Assembly: GCA_036504735.1 (NCBI GenBank)
Contig: DASXUQ010000017.1
Span: 33,349 to 97,348 of the forward strand
Source of the DNA: a bacterium
GTDB lineage: Bacteria > Electryoneota > RPQS01
DNA length: 64,000 bases
Reading direction: 5' to 3'
Positions within the stretch are counted from its first letter, which is position 1. The number at the start of each line of letters is the position of its first letter. A program made the position numbers and the translations under genes. The notes under the pieces were generated by a model. That model saw only the letters and a list, made by a program, of their open reading frames with translations. It was not told where the DNA came from and ran no database searches. Of the stretch, positions 27,188-36,345 are shown piece after piece.

Positions 27188-29968
27188 ATGCGACGGCCTT
27201 ATCTGATTGCGTATCTTCTGCTGCTGATCTCCGCCGCGGTGTGCCAGGCACAACCGCCTGCGGTGTCCGCAGCAGATTCCGCGCGTCTGGAGATCGTCGC
27301 TCCCAAGCTCCTCACCCGGGCTTTTGTCGTATCCAATCCTTCGGAAAACCGCCGCAAACTGATCGAACAGCTTGAACTGCCCGAAGGCTGGCGCACCGTG
27401 GCGCAGGACAACTCCTTCACTCTGCTGCCCGGCGCACAGGATGTGCGCCTCGTTGCGATCTCGGTTCCCCTTAGCGCGCTGCCCGGTCCCTACAAGGTCA
27501 CCTACATGGCGCAGGACAGCGCCGATGCAACTCAAAGCGCGCAGGCCCAAACCGAAGTGCTCGTGCTGCCGGTCTTTAAACTGGAAATTGCCACACGTGA
27601 GACGCCGCGCCGCGTGATTGCCGGTCAAGACTACACCGTACAATTTGCGGTTACCAGCCGCTGCAATTCGCCCACTCCGGTCTCTGCCGTACTGACCGGC
27701 AGCGGCGGCTCAACCTTCGTGCTCAGTGACAGCGTCTGGCTGGCAAACCCCGGCGAATGCAAGTTGCTCACGGCCGTCGTGCGAACCGATCCCCGCTGCA
27801 CCGCCGCGTTCACACAGCGTCTGACCCTTAAGCTGAGAATCTCCGATCATGAAGCCCGGCAGCGGGAATCCACCGCGCATTCGTTCGTGGACGTGATTCC
27901 CCGTGGCACGCCTGCGGGAGATTTCTACCATCGAGTGCCGTCTCTGATTGCCGCCCGGTTTGTCAGCGAAGCGGGACGCAGTGGATTTCAGGTGGAGTAT
28001 TCGGGCAATGGCTCGCTCGATTCCCGCGGCGCCACACGCATCGGCTATCTGCTTCGCGGGCCGCGCGACCTTACGCAGCACACCTACGGCCTGCAGGATG
28101 AGTATTATGTCTCGGTGGAAAACCGTATCGGCGAGGCGCGGGCCGGAGATCTGTCGTTCAATCTGTCGCCGTTGATGGAGCAGAACCGCATGGGCCGCGG
28201 CGCCCGCGCGCGTGTCAGCAATGGCCCGTTCACCGCCGGCGGCTATGCCTTCCGCATGCGGCCCAAGTATGCGGATCTGCAGGAATCCGCCGGATTCATC
28301 GGTTTTTGTCCCAGCCCGCGCCTGAGCATCTATGCAAATTACCTGCAAAAATCCTCCCGCGCACTCAATGGGCAACTGCTGGGGCTGTCCTCGAGCATTT
28401 CGCCTGTTCGCGGCATGAATCTCGATCTGGATTTCAGCGCCGACGCCGCCGCATCGAAAAGTGTGAGCCCGCAGAACAGCGCCCTCTTCGCGCGCTTCAA
28501 TGGCGGCCTTGGCGGTCTGCGCTTGTCCTTCGAGCGAGTCTATGCCGGACGCGATTTCTCCGGATACTATCACGATGAAAACCACTCGGCTCTGTCCGTG
28601 TCTTTCCCGGTGGCTCCCGGAATGCAGTACCATGCGTCCTACCGCTCTGTCGCGCAGAACCTGAGCCGGGATACCCTCCGCGCGACCGCGCTGCGCGAGG
28701 CCGATGTTCAGTCGGGCATCAGCGCCACCTTGCCCCTCCGCATCGCCGCGAGCCTTGACGTCGAGAAGCTCACGCGCACCGATGAATTGCAGCGCACCGA
28801 TCTGGATTATGACGAACGCGCCGCCACGATGCGGCTGCGCCAATCTTTCGGAGTGGTGTCGCTGACCGGCTCCGCCAAGCGCGGCCTGTGGAACAACCAC
28901 CGGCTCAGCCTCTCGGGTGACGTCGAGCGCTACGGTCTTGGCGTCACTTTCGCGCCGGATAAGCGCCAGACTTACAGCGCAGGCTTCCAGACGGGAAATT
29001 CCAGCGTGGGCAGTGGCGGGCATCGCAGCCGCTCGCTCAATCTTGCCTCCACGCTATGCCTTGCGAACCGGCTGACCTTCAGCGCCAACTTCCAGACCAC
29101 AGGCTTCGACGATCCGGCGGCATTCCAGAATGACCAGTTCTCGGCGGAACTGCGCTGCGAAACCTTCCGGCGGCAGGCAATTACACTGCGCGCCCGCAAG
29201 GTCAACTATGGGCCAACCGGCATCCGCGACGGCTTCTCCTGCATGGCGGGCTATGAGATTCCCATCGGCGTCCCGGTAAGCAGGCAGAACGATGTCGGCT
29301 GTCTCAGAGGCAAGGTTTTCGATTCGGAAGATCCCAAACAGAAGGGCGTGGCCAATATCGTGCTGATCCTCGACGGCCTCACCGCCATCAGCGACAGCCG
29401 GGGATACTATGCGTTCCCCTCCGTCAAGCCCGGCGTACATTACCTTCAGGTGGATCATGCCAGCATGGGCTTGCACCGCATTACCACCCAGCCCGTACCG
29501 GTGGAACTCAAGGTGCGCGGCGGGAAGACGGAAATGCTGAACATCGGTATCGAACGCGCCGGGTCCGTCAATGGCCGGATGACGCTGCTTTCCAAGGGAG
29601 GAAACAGTGCCCGCGGCTACCTCCTCGAAGCCGATAGCGCCGCTTCCTCCAAGGCCGAGCCCACCCTGCAGGTCGCAACGGGTCTGGCCAATGTCGAGGT
29701 CCTGCTCTACCGTGACGGCGAATCTTTCCGCGCCGCCAGTGACCGCGACGGCAATTTCGCCTTTACCGGCCTGCGCCCCGGCCGCTGGCTGCTGAAAGTC
29801 ACCCCGGAAAGCCTGCCGGCCTTCCACCAGCCCGAACGCAGCAACTACGAGGTCTTCGTCCAACCCGGCAACCCCGAAGACCTGACCGTCCGCGTCATTC
29901 CCCGTACCCGCTCTCTGATCATCGTGGACCAAGGCACCGTTCCCATCACCACCTCTTCCCGCAAATAG
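27188..29968 (+). CDS. large secreted protein: N-terminal Ig-like domains, central beta-barrel-like region, two C-terminal carboxypeptidase-regulatory-like domains (hypothetical, usher-like)
   Basis: Signal peptide MRRPYLIAYLLLLISAAVCQA. The central ~470 aa have amphipathic strands ending in aromatics (LSIYANY, LSFERVY, MQYHASY, LTFSANF). The C-terminus has GKVFDSED..GYYAFPSVKPGVHYLQV and VLLYRDG..DGNFAFTGLRPGRWLLKV. Confidence 0.6.
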   Translation: MRRPYLIAYLLLLISAAVCQAQPPAVSAADSARLEIVAPKLLTRAFVVSNPSENRRKLIEQLELPEGWRTVAQDNSFTLLPGAQDVRLVAISVPLSALPGPYKVTYMAQDSADATQSAQAQTEVLVLPVFKLEIATRETPRRVIAGQDYTVQFAVTSRCNSPTPVSAVLTGSGGSTFVLSDSVWLANPGECKLLTAVVRTDPRCTAAFTQRLTLKLRISDHEARQRESTAHSFVDVIPRGTPAGDFYHRVPSLIAARFVSEAGRSGFQVEYSGNGSLDSRGATRIGYLLRGPRDLTQHTYGLQDEYYVSVENRIGEARAGDLSFNLSPLMEQNRMGRGARARVSNGPFTAGGYAFRMRPKYADLQESAGFIGFCPSPRLSIYANYLQKSSRALNGQLLGLSSSISPVRGMNLDLDFSADAAASKSVSPQNSALFARFNGGLGGLRLSFERVYAGRDFSGYYHDENHSALSVSFPVAPGMQYHASYRSVAQNLSRDTLRATALREADVQSGISATLPLRIAASLDVEKLTRTDELQRTDLDYDERAATMRLRQSFGVVSLTGSAKRGLWNNHRLSLSGDVERYGLGVTFAPDKRQTYSAGFQTGNSSVGSGGHRSRSLNLASTLCLANRLTFSANFQTTGFDDPAAFQNDQFSAELRCETFRRQAITLRARKVNYGPTGIRDGFSCMAGYEIPIGVPVSRQNDVGCLRGKVFDSEDPKQKGVANIVLILDGLTAISDSRGYYAFPSVKPGVHYLQVDHASMGLHRITTQPVPVELKVRGGKTEMLNIGIERAGSVNGRMTLLSKGGNSARGYLLEADSAASSKAEPTLQVATGLANVEVLLYRDGESFRAASDRDGNFAFTGLRPGRWLLKVTPESLPAFHQPERSNYEVFVQPGNPEDLTVRVIPRTRSLIIVDQGTVPITTSSRK

Positions 29969-29982
29969 CCTCAAGGTTCACC

Positions 29983-30021
29983 CAACCCGAATCGGCGCTT
30001 TGTGATCGCCGAGCCGGGTTG
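29983..30021 (+). terminator. long imperfect hairpin after the four-gene cluster
   Basis: caacccgaatcggcg ... cgccgagccgggttg (13/15 paired). No T-run follows. Confidence 0.35.
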
Positions 30022-30230
30022 AGCCGGATCGCGTGTCCACATCGACCATGTACACAACCCGGCCGAAACCCCGTGTCACTGCCTATTGTACATAAATTCA
30101 AATGACTGCGCACTTCTCCCTCGTGACTTCTACCGAATTTATCCGTAAATTATGGTCCGATCTGCAACTTTTCCCTCCGGAATCGCTCCTACTTGTAATA
30201 CCTTTTTCCCTAACACGTTCGAGGATGTGC

Positions 30231-32945
30231 ATGAAGAGTCTCTCCTGGGTTGTGGCCGCTGTGCTGATCTTCGCACTGGCCGCCGCCGCGCCTGCCGCCA
30301 AGCTTCCCGAATTGAAGTTTGTCAAGGACACCCTGTCCAACGGCCTGCAGGTCATCTACTATGAAGACCACACGCTCCCCACGGTGGCCATCAACACCTG
30401 GTACCACGTCGGTTCCAAAAACGAAAAGCCGGGCAAAACCGGATTCGCGCACCTCTTCGAGCATCTGATGTTCGAAGGCTCCGAGCATCGTGCCGGCGAT
30501 TTCAGCTTCGAAAAAGTCGGTGGCTCGGACAATGCCTCGACCAGCGAAGACCGCACCAACTACTTCGAAGTCATTCCGTCCAACTATCTCGAGTATGCGC
30601 TGTGGATGGAATCCGACCGCCTGGGATTCCTGCCTCCGGCCATCACGCAGGAGAAGCTCGATATCCAGCGCGACGTCGTCAAGAATGAACGCCGCCAGCG
30701 CATGGACAACCAGCCCTATGCCAAGGCCGAAGAACTGCTGTTGACGGCGATCTATCCGCCCAGCCATCCCTATTCCTGGCCCGTTGTCGGCAGCATGGAA
30801 GATCTTTCCCGTGCCAGCCTCGATGACGTCAAGGACTTTTTCCATACCTACTACACACCGAACAATGCGTCGCTGATTATCGGCGGCGATTTTGACCTTG
30901 CCGCCACGCGCAAGCTCGTCGACAAGTATTTCGGATCGATTCCCGCCGGACCGCCCATTGACCGTACGACCGGATGGATTCCGCAGATTGACGGCGTCAA
31001 GCGCGTCACCGCCGAAGACCGCGTCAACCTTCCCCGCTACCACTGCGCGTGGACCAGCCCCGCCAACTTCAAGCCGGGCGATGCCGAACTCGACATGCTC
31101 TCCAGCGTCCTCGCCGCCGGCAAGACCTCGCGCCTCTACAAGGCTCTCGTCTACGACAAGCAGATCGCGCAGGACGTCAGCGTCTATCAGTCCAGCAATG
31201 AACTGAACGGCACCTTCGACGTCGAAATCACCGCCAAGCCCGGACACAGCCTCGAAGAGATCGAAGCCGCCTCCGATGCGATCCTGAAGGACGTCATCGA
31301 GAAGGGCATCACCGCCGAAGAACTGCAGAATGCCAAGAACGGCTATGAGACCCAGTTCATTCGCCGCCTGCAGCGCATTGGCAGCTACTACAGCATTACC
31401 GACATCGCCAATGAGTACAACACGTACCTCGGCGATCCGAACAAGTTCCAGTGGGATCTCGACCGCCACATGAATCTCACTCCCGCGGACCTTCAGCGCG
31501 TGGCCCGGCAGGTGCTGGATTTCAACCGCCGCGTCATCGTCAATATCGTTCCGCAAGGTGACTTCAAAGCCGCGACGGACGAGCTTGACCGCTCCAAAGC
31601 TCCCGCCGCCGCTGCGGAACCGTCCTTCGCTCCGCCGCCCATCCAGACGGCCACGCTCTCCAACGGTCTGAAGCTCTATCTGGTTGAGAAGCACACTCTG
31701 CCCCTCGTGCAGGCCAATATCGTCATCAAGGCCGGCTGGGCCGACGATCCCAATGGCAAGCTCACCAGCGCCCGCCTCACCGCCGAACTGCTCGATGACG
31801 GCACCACCACTCGCAACGCGCTGCAGATTTCCGAAGATGCCAAGAAGATCGGCGCCACGATGGGATCGTCCAGCAGCATGGATGGCTCGTTCGTCAGCCT
31901 GAACGTGCTCAAGAAGAACCTCGATCAGGGTCTTTCGCAGATGACCGACGTGCTGCTTCATCCCAATTTCCCCAAGGAAGAACTGGAGCGCCAGCGCAAG
32001 ACCTATCTGGCCCGCCTGCTGCAGGAAAAGAAGGAGCCGATGTCTCTGGCCAGCAAGGCCTACGCCAAACTGCTCTACGGCGCGGATCATCCCTATGCCC
32101 AGACCGGTTCCGGCACCGAAGCATCGCTGAATTCGATTACCCGCGAAGACCTCGTCGCCTTCTACCAGACCAACTACGTGCCCAACAACGCCGCGGTCGT
32201 GGTCGTCGGTGACATTACCATGGCCGAAGCCAAGGACAAATTCGAAAAGGCTCTGAAAGACTGGAAGCCCGGCAAAGCCAACGTACGCGAGATTCCCGAG
32301 CCGCAGGCTCTGACCTCCACCAAAATCGTTCTGGTGGACAAGCCGCGCGCTCCGCAGAGCGTTGTGATCGTCGGCAATCCCGGCATCAAGCGTTCGGATC
32401 CCGATTACGTGGCCTGTGACGTCGTAAACAACGCTCTCGGCGGCACATTCGGCAGCCGTTTGAACACCAACCTGCGCGAGCAGAAGGGCTACACCTACGG
32501 TGTGCATTCGCAGTTCGCCGCCCGTCGCGGCACCGGCCCGTTCCTTGCCAGTGCGATGGTCAAGACTGACGTCACCGACAAGTCCGTGACCGAGTTCATC
32601 AAAGAACTGCGCGACATCACCGTCTCGCGGCCGCTCTCCGATGAGGAACTCACGGCGAGCAAGGACAATCTCATCAAGGGCTATCCGCAGGATTTCGAAA
32701 CCTTCAATGCCCTCGCCGGACAGCTCAACAGCATTTTCCTCTACAATCTCCCCGCCGATGAATGGACCTCGTACGTCGGCAAGGTGAAGACGGTGTCCTC
32801 GGATGTGGCCTCCGGCATTGCCAAGAAGCACATCCATCCCGACAACCTGCTGATCGTCGTCATCGGCGACCGTCAGAAGGTTGAAACGGAATTGAAGAAT
32901 CTCAAGCTGGGTGACGTCACCGTCCTCAAGCCCGAAGACCTGTAA
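30231..32945 (+). CDS. M16 (pitrilysin/insulinase) family zinc peptidase, fused double unit
   Basis: HLFEHLMFEGSEH (HxxEH) in the first half, a second M16-like half, and signal peptide MKSLSWVVAAVLIFALAAAAPA. Confidence 0.85.
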   Translation: MKSLSWVVAAVLIFALAAAAPAAKLPELKFVKDTLSNGLQVIYYEDHTLPTVAINTWYHVGSKNEKPGKTGFAHLFEHLMFEGSEHRAGDFSFEKVGGSDNASTSEDRTNYFEVIPSNYLEYALWMESDRLGFLPPAITQEKLDIQRDVVKNERRQRMDNQPYAKAEELLLTAIYPPSHPYSWPVVGSMEDLSRASLDDVKDFFHTYYTPNNASLIIGGDFDLAATRKLVDKYFGSIPAGPPIDRTTGWIPQIDGVKRVTAEDRVNLPRYHCAWTSPANFKPGDAELDMLSSVLAAGKTSRLYKALVYDKQIAQDVSVYQSSNELNGTFDVEITAKPGHSLEEIEAASDAILKDVIEKGITAEELQNAKNGYETQFIRRLQRIGSYYSITDIANEYNTYLGDPNKFQWDLDRHMNLTPADLQRVARQVLDFNRRVIVNIVPQGDFKAATDELDRSKAPAAAAEPSFAPPPIQTATLSNGLKLYLVEKHTLPLVQANIVIKAGWADDPNGKLTSARLTAELLDDGTTTRNALQISEDAKKIGATMGSSSSMDGSFVSLNVLKKNLDQGLSQMTDVLLHPNFPKEELERQRKTYLARLLQEKKEPMSLASKAYAKLLYGADHPYAQTGSGTEASLNSITREDLVAFYQTNYVPNNAAVVVVGDITMAEAKDKFEKALKDWKPGKANVREIPEPQALTSTKIVLVDKPRAPQSVVIVGNPGIKRSDPDYVACDVVNNALGGTFGSRLNTNLREQKGYTYGVHSQFAARRGTGPFLASAMVKTDVTDKSVTEFIKELRDITVSRPLSDEELTASKDNLIKGYPQDFETFNALAGQLNSIFLYNLPADEWTSYVGKVKTVSSDVASGIAKKHIHPDNLLIVVIGDRQKVETELKNLKLGDVTVLKPEDL

Positions 32946-32988
32946 AGAGAACAGCGCAGCGCCGCCTGGCGGTGCGCATTAAAAATCA

Positions 32989-33020
32989 AAAGAGGCTCAG
33001 GATTCGTCCTGAGCCTCTTT
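32989..33020. terminator. bidirectional terminator between M16 peptidase and hemerythrin genes
   Basis: AAAGAGGCTCAGGA-ttcg-TCCTGAGCCTCTTT. Confidence 0.8.
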
Positions 33021-33040
33021 GCATGGGATAAGGGTGGAAA

Positions 33041-33454
33041 TTACCGGCGGTTCATTTCCGCCGTCTGCAGGGTCAACTCCCTGTCCATTCCGCCGATATG
33101 GTCAATCAGCCAGTCGCATAGCATGGTCTGCAGCTTCAGACAGACGGTCTCGGAGGTGCCTTCACTCTTCACGAACTCGTCTTTTAGGGCGAAGTATTGG
33201 CGCACAAAGTCCGCATGGGCGGCGTGGTGCGCTTCGAAGTTCGGCATGTGCTGCGCTTTCATGAAGCGCTCCTCGTTGCCGAAATGCTTCAACACGTAGT
33301 CTTCAAGAAACGAAAAAATGTCGCCGAGTGACGACGTCCCCGGTTCTTTCATTATCGCATCCAGCAGCACATTGACGCGGTTGAACAACTCCTGGTGCTG
33401 GATATCCTGCCATTCCAGCCCTGTCGAGAGCCGCGGATTCCATACTAAGCTCAT
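33041..33454 (-). CDS. hemerythrin-like metal-binding protein
   Basis: WNPRLSTGLEWQDIQHQELF..HFGNEERFM..HHAAHADF..DWLIDHIGGMD. Confidence 0.85.
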   Translation of the reverse strand: MSLVWNPRLSTGLEWQDIQHQELFNRVNVLLDAIMKEPGTSSLGDIFSFLEDYVLKHFGNEERFMKAQHMPNFEAHHAAHADFVRQYFALKDEFVKSEGTSETVCLKLQTMLCDWLIDHIGGMDRELTLQTAEMNRR

Positions 33455-33528
33455 AGGTCGTCTCCGTGTTCACATAGTTTGTCAGCCTGACTCTCGCAAA
33501 ATCCGTGCTTCAACGTTCCCGACACATA

Positions 33529-33562
33529 AAAGACGGCTCAGGATTTCTCCTGAGCCGTCTTT
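33529..33562 (-). terminator. intrinsic terminator after second hemerythrin gene
   Basis: AAAGACGGCTCAGGA-(gaaa on the minus strand)-TCCTGAGCCGTCTTT with flanking T/A runs. Confidence 0.75.
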
Positions 33563-33583
33563 GCCTCAGCCGGAATCGAGGGA

Positions 33584-33994
33584 TTACTTTTTTCCCAGCG
33601 CGACCGTCTGGTCCGCCAGCTCCTTATCGAGGGTCCCGATATGGGTGGTCAGCCACTTGCTGAGCATCGTCTGCAATTTCAAGCAGACGCTGTTTTGCGA
33701 CGTGCTGGTGTTGAATTCCTTCTTCAACTCCGTATAGGTGCGGATGAATTCTTCGTGTGCCGCCTTGTGTTTAGCGTAGCACGTGAGACTATTCAGTTTC
33801 ATAAAGCGCTCCTCGTTGCCGAAGTGCTTTACGACATATTCTTCGAGAAACGTAAATACTTCGCCGACGGAAGTTACTCCCTGCCCGTTGAGCATCGCAT
33901 CCAGAAGCCTGTTCACGCGTTTGAAGAGTTCCTGATGCTGCGCATCCTGCCAATCCAGTCCCGTCGACAGGCGGGGATTCCACACTAAGGCCAT
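33584..33994 (-). CDS. hemerythrin-like metal-binding protein (paralogue)
   Basis: WNPRLSTGLDWQDAQHQELF..HFGNEERFM..HKAAHEEF..KWLTTHIGTLD. Confidence 0.85.
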   Translation of the reverse strand: MALVWNPRLSTGLDWQDAQHQELFKRVNRLLDAMLNGQGVTSVGEVFTFLEEYVVKHFGNEERFMKLNSLTCYAKHKAAHEEFIRTYTELKKEFNTSTSQNSVCLKLQTMLSKWLTTHIGTLDKELADQTVALGKK

Positions 33995-34082
33995 CTGCTG
34001 ACTCCGCTTTGGTAAAAGGTGTGCTCCCGCTTTTGCAAATTGTGTGCTTGAACCCTATGAACCCGCGTCACCCTTTAGCAAC

Positions 34083-34110
34083 AAAAAAGCCGCCTTCGCA
34101 GGCGGCTTTT
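34083..34110 (-). terminator. intrinsic terminator after gatD (bidirectional shape)
   Basis: AAAAGCCGCCT-tcgc-AGGCGGCTTTT. On the minus strand it is followed by a T6 run. Confidence 0.8.
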
Positions 34111-34130
34111 CCACAGGCCGTTTCCCGGGC

Positions 34131-35525
34131 TCAGCGCCGGTTTTTAAGCAGATACTGCTCGATCTCCGGCAGGCCGCCCTGCATAATCATATAGCCGTCA
34201 ATCGGCTCGCGCTCGGTCAGTTCGCCGCAGATCGGTGTCAGCATCAGCTTCTTCACCTCTTCGCGGTCGTGGGTATGTCCCAGCGCCCAGCCGAGCTTCA
34301 CATACGCCGTTTCGGGAATCATGTTCCCCGCGGGGATGACGCCGAGGTCCATGATGTCGCGCCCGGTGTCGTAGACATACATCTGCACATAACCCCACAG
34401 CGTCTCCACGCACATGTAAATATGCACGCCCGCGTCTATCGCGCGTTTGATGGACGGGTAGAGGGGCTTGTTGAAATGCCCCAGGCCCGTTCCCGCGAAC
34501 ACGATGCCCTTGTAGCCGTTGTCCACCAGCGAATCGATCATGTCCGGCTTCATATTCGGATAGTAATACAGAATCGTCACCCGGTCATCGAACACCGCGT
34601 CCAGCTTCAGTGTGCGGCTCTTGTCGCGCTTGCGGTAATCGGTCTTGATGTGCCGGATCTCGCCGTTGCGCACCGTGGCCACGGGAGTGTCGGAAATGGT
34701 GCGGAAGGTCGAGCGATACGACGAGTGCATCTTGCGCACGCGCGTGCCGCGGTGCAGCAGATCATACTGGTCCGATGTCGGACCGAACATGCACACCAGC
34801 ACTTCGGCGATATCCCCGTGCGCGGCGGCGTACGTCGCGTCAATCAGGTTCAACGCTGCGTCCGAGGAAGGACGGTCCGAGGAACGCTGCGAGCCCACCA
34901 TCACAATCGGCACCGGCGGATCCTGCACCATGAACGTCAGCGCCGCCGACGTGTAGTGCATCGTATCCGTGCCGTGTCCGATCACAATCCCGTCCGCGCC
35001 GTTCTCGATCTCTTCCTTGATCGCGTTCGCCGTGCCGATCCACGCTTCCGGAGTCATGTTCTCCGAAAAGATCGCATAAATTCGTTTTGTCGTCAGGTTG
35101 GCGATGTCCGCCAGCTCCGGCACCGCGCCGTACAGTTCTCCGGGCGAGAACGCCGGAATCACCGCGCCCGTACGGTAGTCGAGGCGGCTGGCAATCGTGC
35201 CGCCCGTTCCCAGCAGCGTCACGTTCGGCTTGACCGGATCGTAGGGGAATTCCTTCTCGGGAATCTTGTAATTGGCCTTCTTGTAGCCGGTCTCTTTTAT
35301 CGTGCGGACACGGTCCACATTGATGCCGACATTATACCCGGTGCACAATTTGAGCACAATGTGATGCGGATTGCCCGTCTCCGCGCGCGGCAGAATCAGC
35401 CCTTCAAAATGCCCGTCGAGCGTCTCGATCTGGACATCCGACCACACGCGCACCTTGTTCTTTTTAAGCACGCTGAGTGCCGGATCGCGATAGCCCGGAT
35501 AATCCTGTTGCTGTTGTTCAGTCAT
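34131..35525 (-). CDS. gatD: Glu-tRNA(Gln) amidotransferase subunit D (archaeal-type, asparaginase-like)
   Basis: LLGTGGTIASRLDYRTGAV, IGHGTDTMHYT and VGSQRSSDRPSSDAALNL signatures, plus a ~100-aa N-terminal extra domain. Confidence 0.8.
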   Translation of the reverse strand: MTEQQQQDYPGYRDPALSVLKKNKVRVWSDVQIETLDGHFEGLILPRAETGNPHHIVLKLCTGYNVGINVDRVRTIKETGYKKANYKIPEKEFPYDPVKPNVTLLGTGGTIASRLDYRTGAVIPAFSPGELYGAVPELADIANLTTKRIYAIFSENMTPEAWIGTANAIKEEIENGADGIVIGHGTDTMHYTSAALTFMVQDPPVPIVMVGSQRSSDRPSSDAALNLIDATYAAAHGDIAEVLVCMFGPTSDQYDLLHRGTRVRKMHSSYRSTFRTISDTPVATVRNGEIRHIKTDYRKRDKSRTLKLDAVFDDRVTILYYYPNMKPDMIDSLVDNGYKGIVFAGTGLGHFNKPLYPSIKRAIDAGVHIYMCVETLWGYVQMYVYDTGRDIMDLGVIPAGNMIPETAYVKLGWALGHTHDREEVKKLMLTPICGELTEREPIDGYMIMQGGLPEIEQYLLKNRR

Positions 35526-35588
35526 GGTAATCTATAGTCTCGTAGAAGAAAAATCAAACAGTCGCCGTCATGCCGCCGAAACTCTGTC

Positions 35589-35613
35589 GTAGGGGTACGA
35601 CATGTCGTGCCCG
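35589..35613. repeat. palindromic element, family 3 (GTAGGGGTACGACATGTCGTGCCCG)
   Basis: 23/25 identical to 37659-37683. Both lie in intergenic spacers of the gat operon. Confidence 0.65.
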
Positions 35614-35628
35614 CGTTTCCAAAGTATC

Positions 35629-36279
35629 CTACTTCTCCACCCGGTACCTCACCCACACCACGCCGCCCGGCAGCTTCTCGCTGTGCGTCAGCGTCACCGG
35701 CAATTCGCTGTGCACCGTGCGGAACAGCGCGCGCGCCCCGTCCCCCGCCAGAACCGGACTGATCAGCAAACTAATTTCGTCCACCAGCCCTTCGCGCAGC
35801 AAGATACCGTTCAGCACCCCGCCGCTGTCCACGCGCACGGTCCTTACGCCGTACAGATCGTGCAGCGTCTCCAGCGCGCTCTTCAAATCCACCTGCTCTT
35901 TGCCCGCAATCACGCACACCACGTTCTTCTTCGACAGGTATTCGCAGTGGGCAGGAGGTGTTGCCATGGACATCAGCGCCACGCCGCCGCGCCAATAGGA
36001 CTGCTTCAACAAATGCTCCCAGCAGCGGACTCTCCCTCTGCTGTCAGGGATCACCAGCAGCGGCCGTTCGTCATGCGCACCGCTCGCGCGCGGTGTCACC
36101 TTGCGCGGATCGTCGACATTCGCCGCACTGGGCGAGGCCAGAATGGTCTCGCTCCCCGCCAGCGTCGCGTCTTCCTTCCACGTCCCCGCGAGTTCATAGA
36201 ACAACCCGACGTCGGGCGTAAAACCATCGATACGTCCGTCTAAACTGACAATATTATGCAGAACAATTTTGGGTAGCAT
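35629..36279 (-). CDS. RibD C-terminal-domain / dihydrofolate-reductase-like reductase
   Basis: IVLHNIVSLDGRIDGF..ATLAGSETIL..LVIPDSRG..VRVDSGGVLNGILL pattern. Confidence 0.6.
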   Translation of the reverse strand: MLPKIVLHNIVSLDGRIDGFTPDVGLFYELAGTWKEDATLAGSETILASPSAANVDDPRKVTPRASGAHDERPLLVIPDSRGRVRCWEHLLKQSYWRGGVALMSMATPPAHCEYLSKKNVVCVIAGKEQVDLKSALETLHDLYGVRTVRVDSGGVLNGILLREGLVDEISLLISPVLAGDGARALFRTVHSELPVTLTHSEKLPGGVVWVRYRVEK

Positions 36280-36292
36280 AAGAATATGAGCA

Positions 36293-36320
36293 CAGGGGCG
36301 GGCACTTCGGCCCGCCCCTG
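36293..36320 (-). terminator. GC-rich hairpin between asnA and the reductase gene
   Basis: caggggcgggc-acttcg-gcccgcccctg, an 11-bp stem. Confidence 0.45.
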
Positions 36321-36345
36321 TCTGGGATGAACCGTTGTGTATCTC

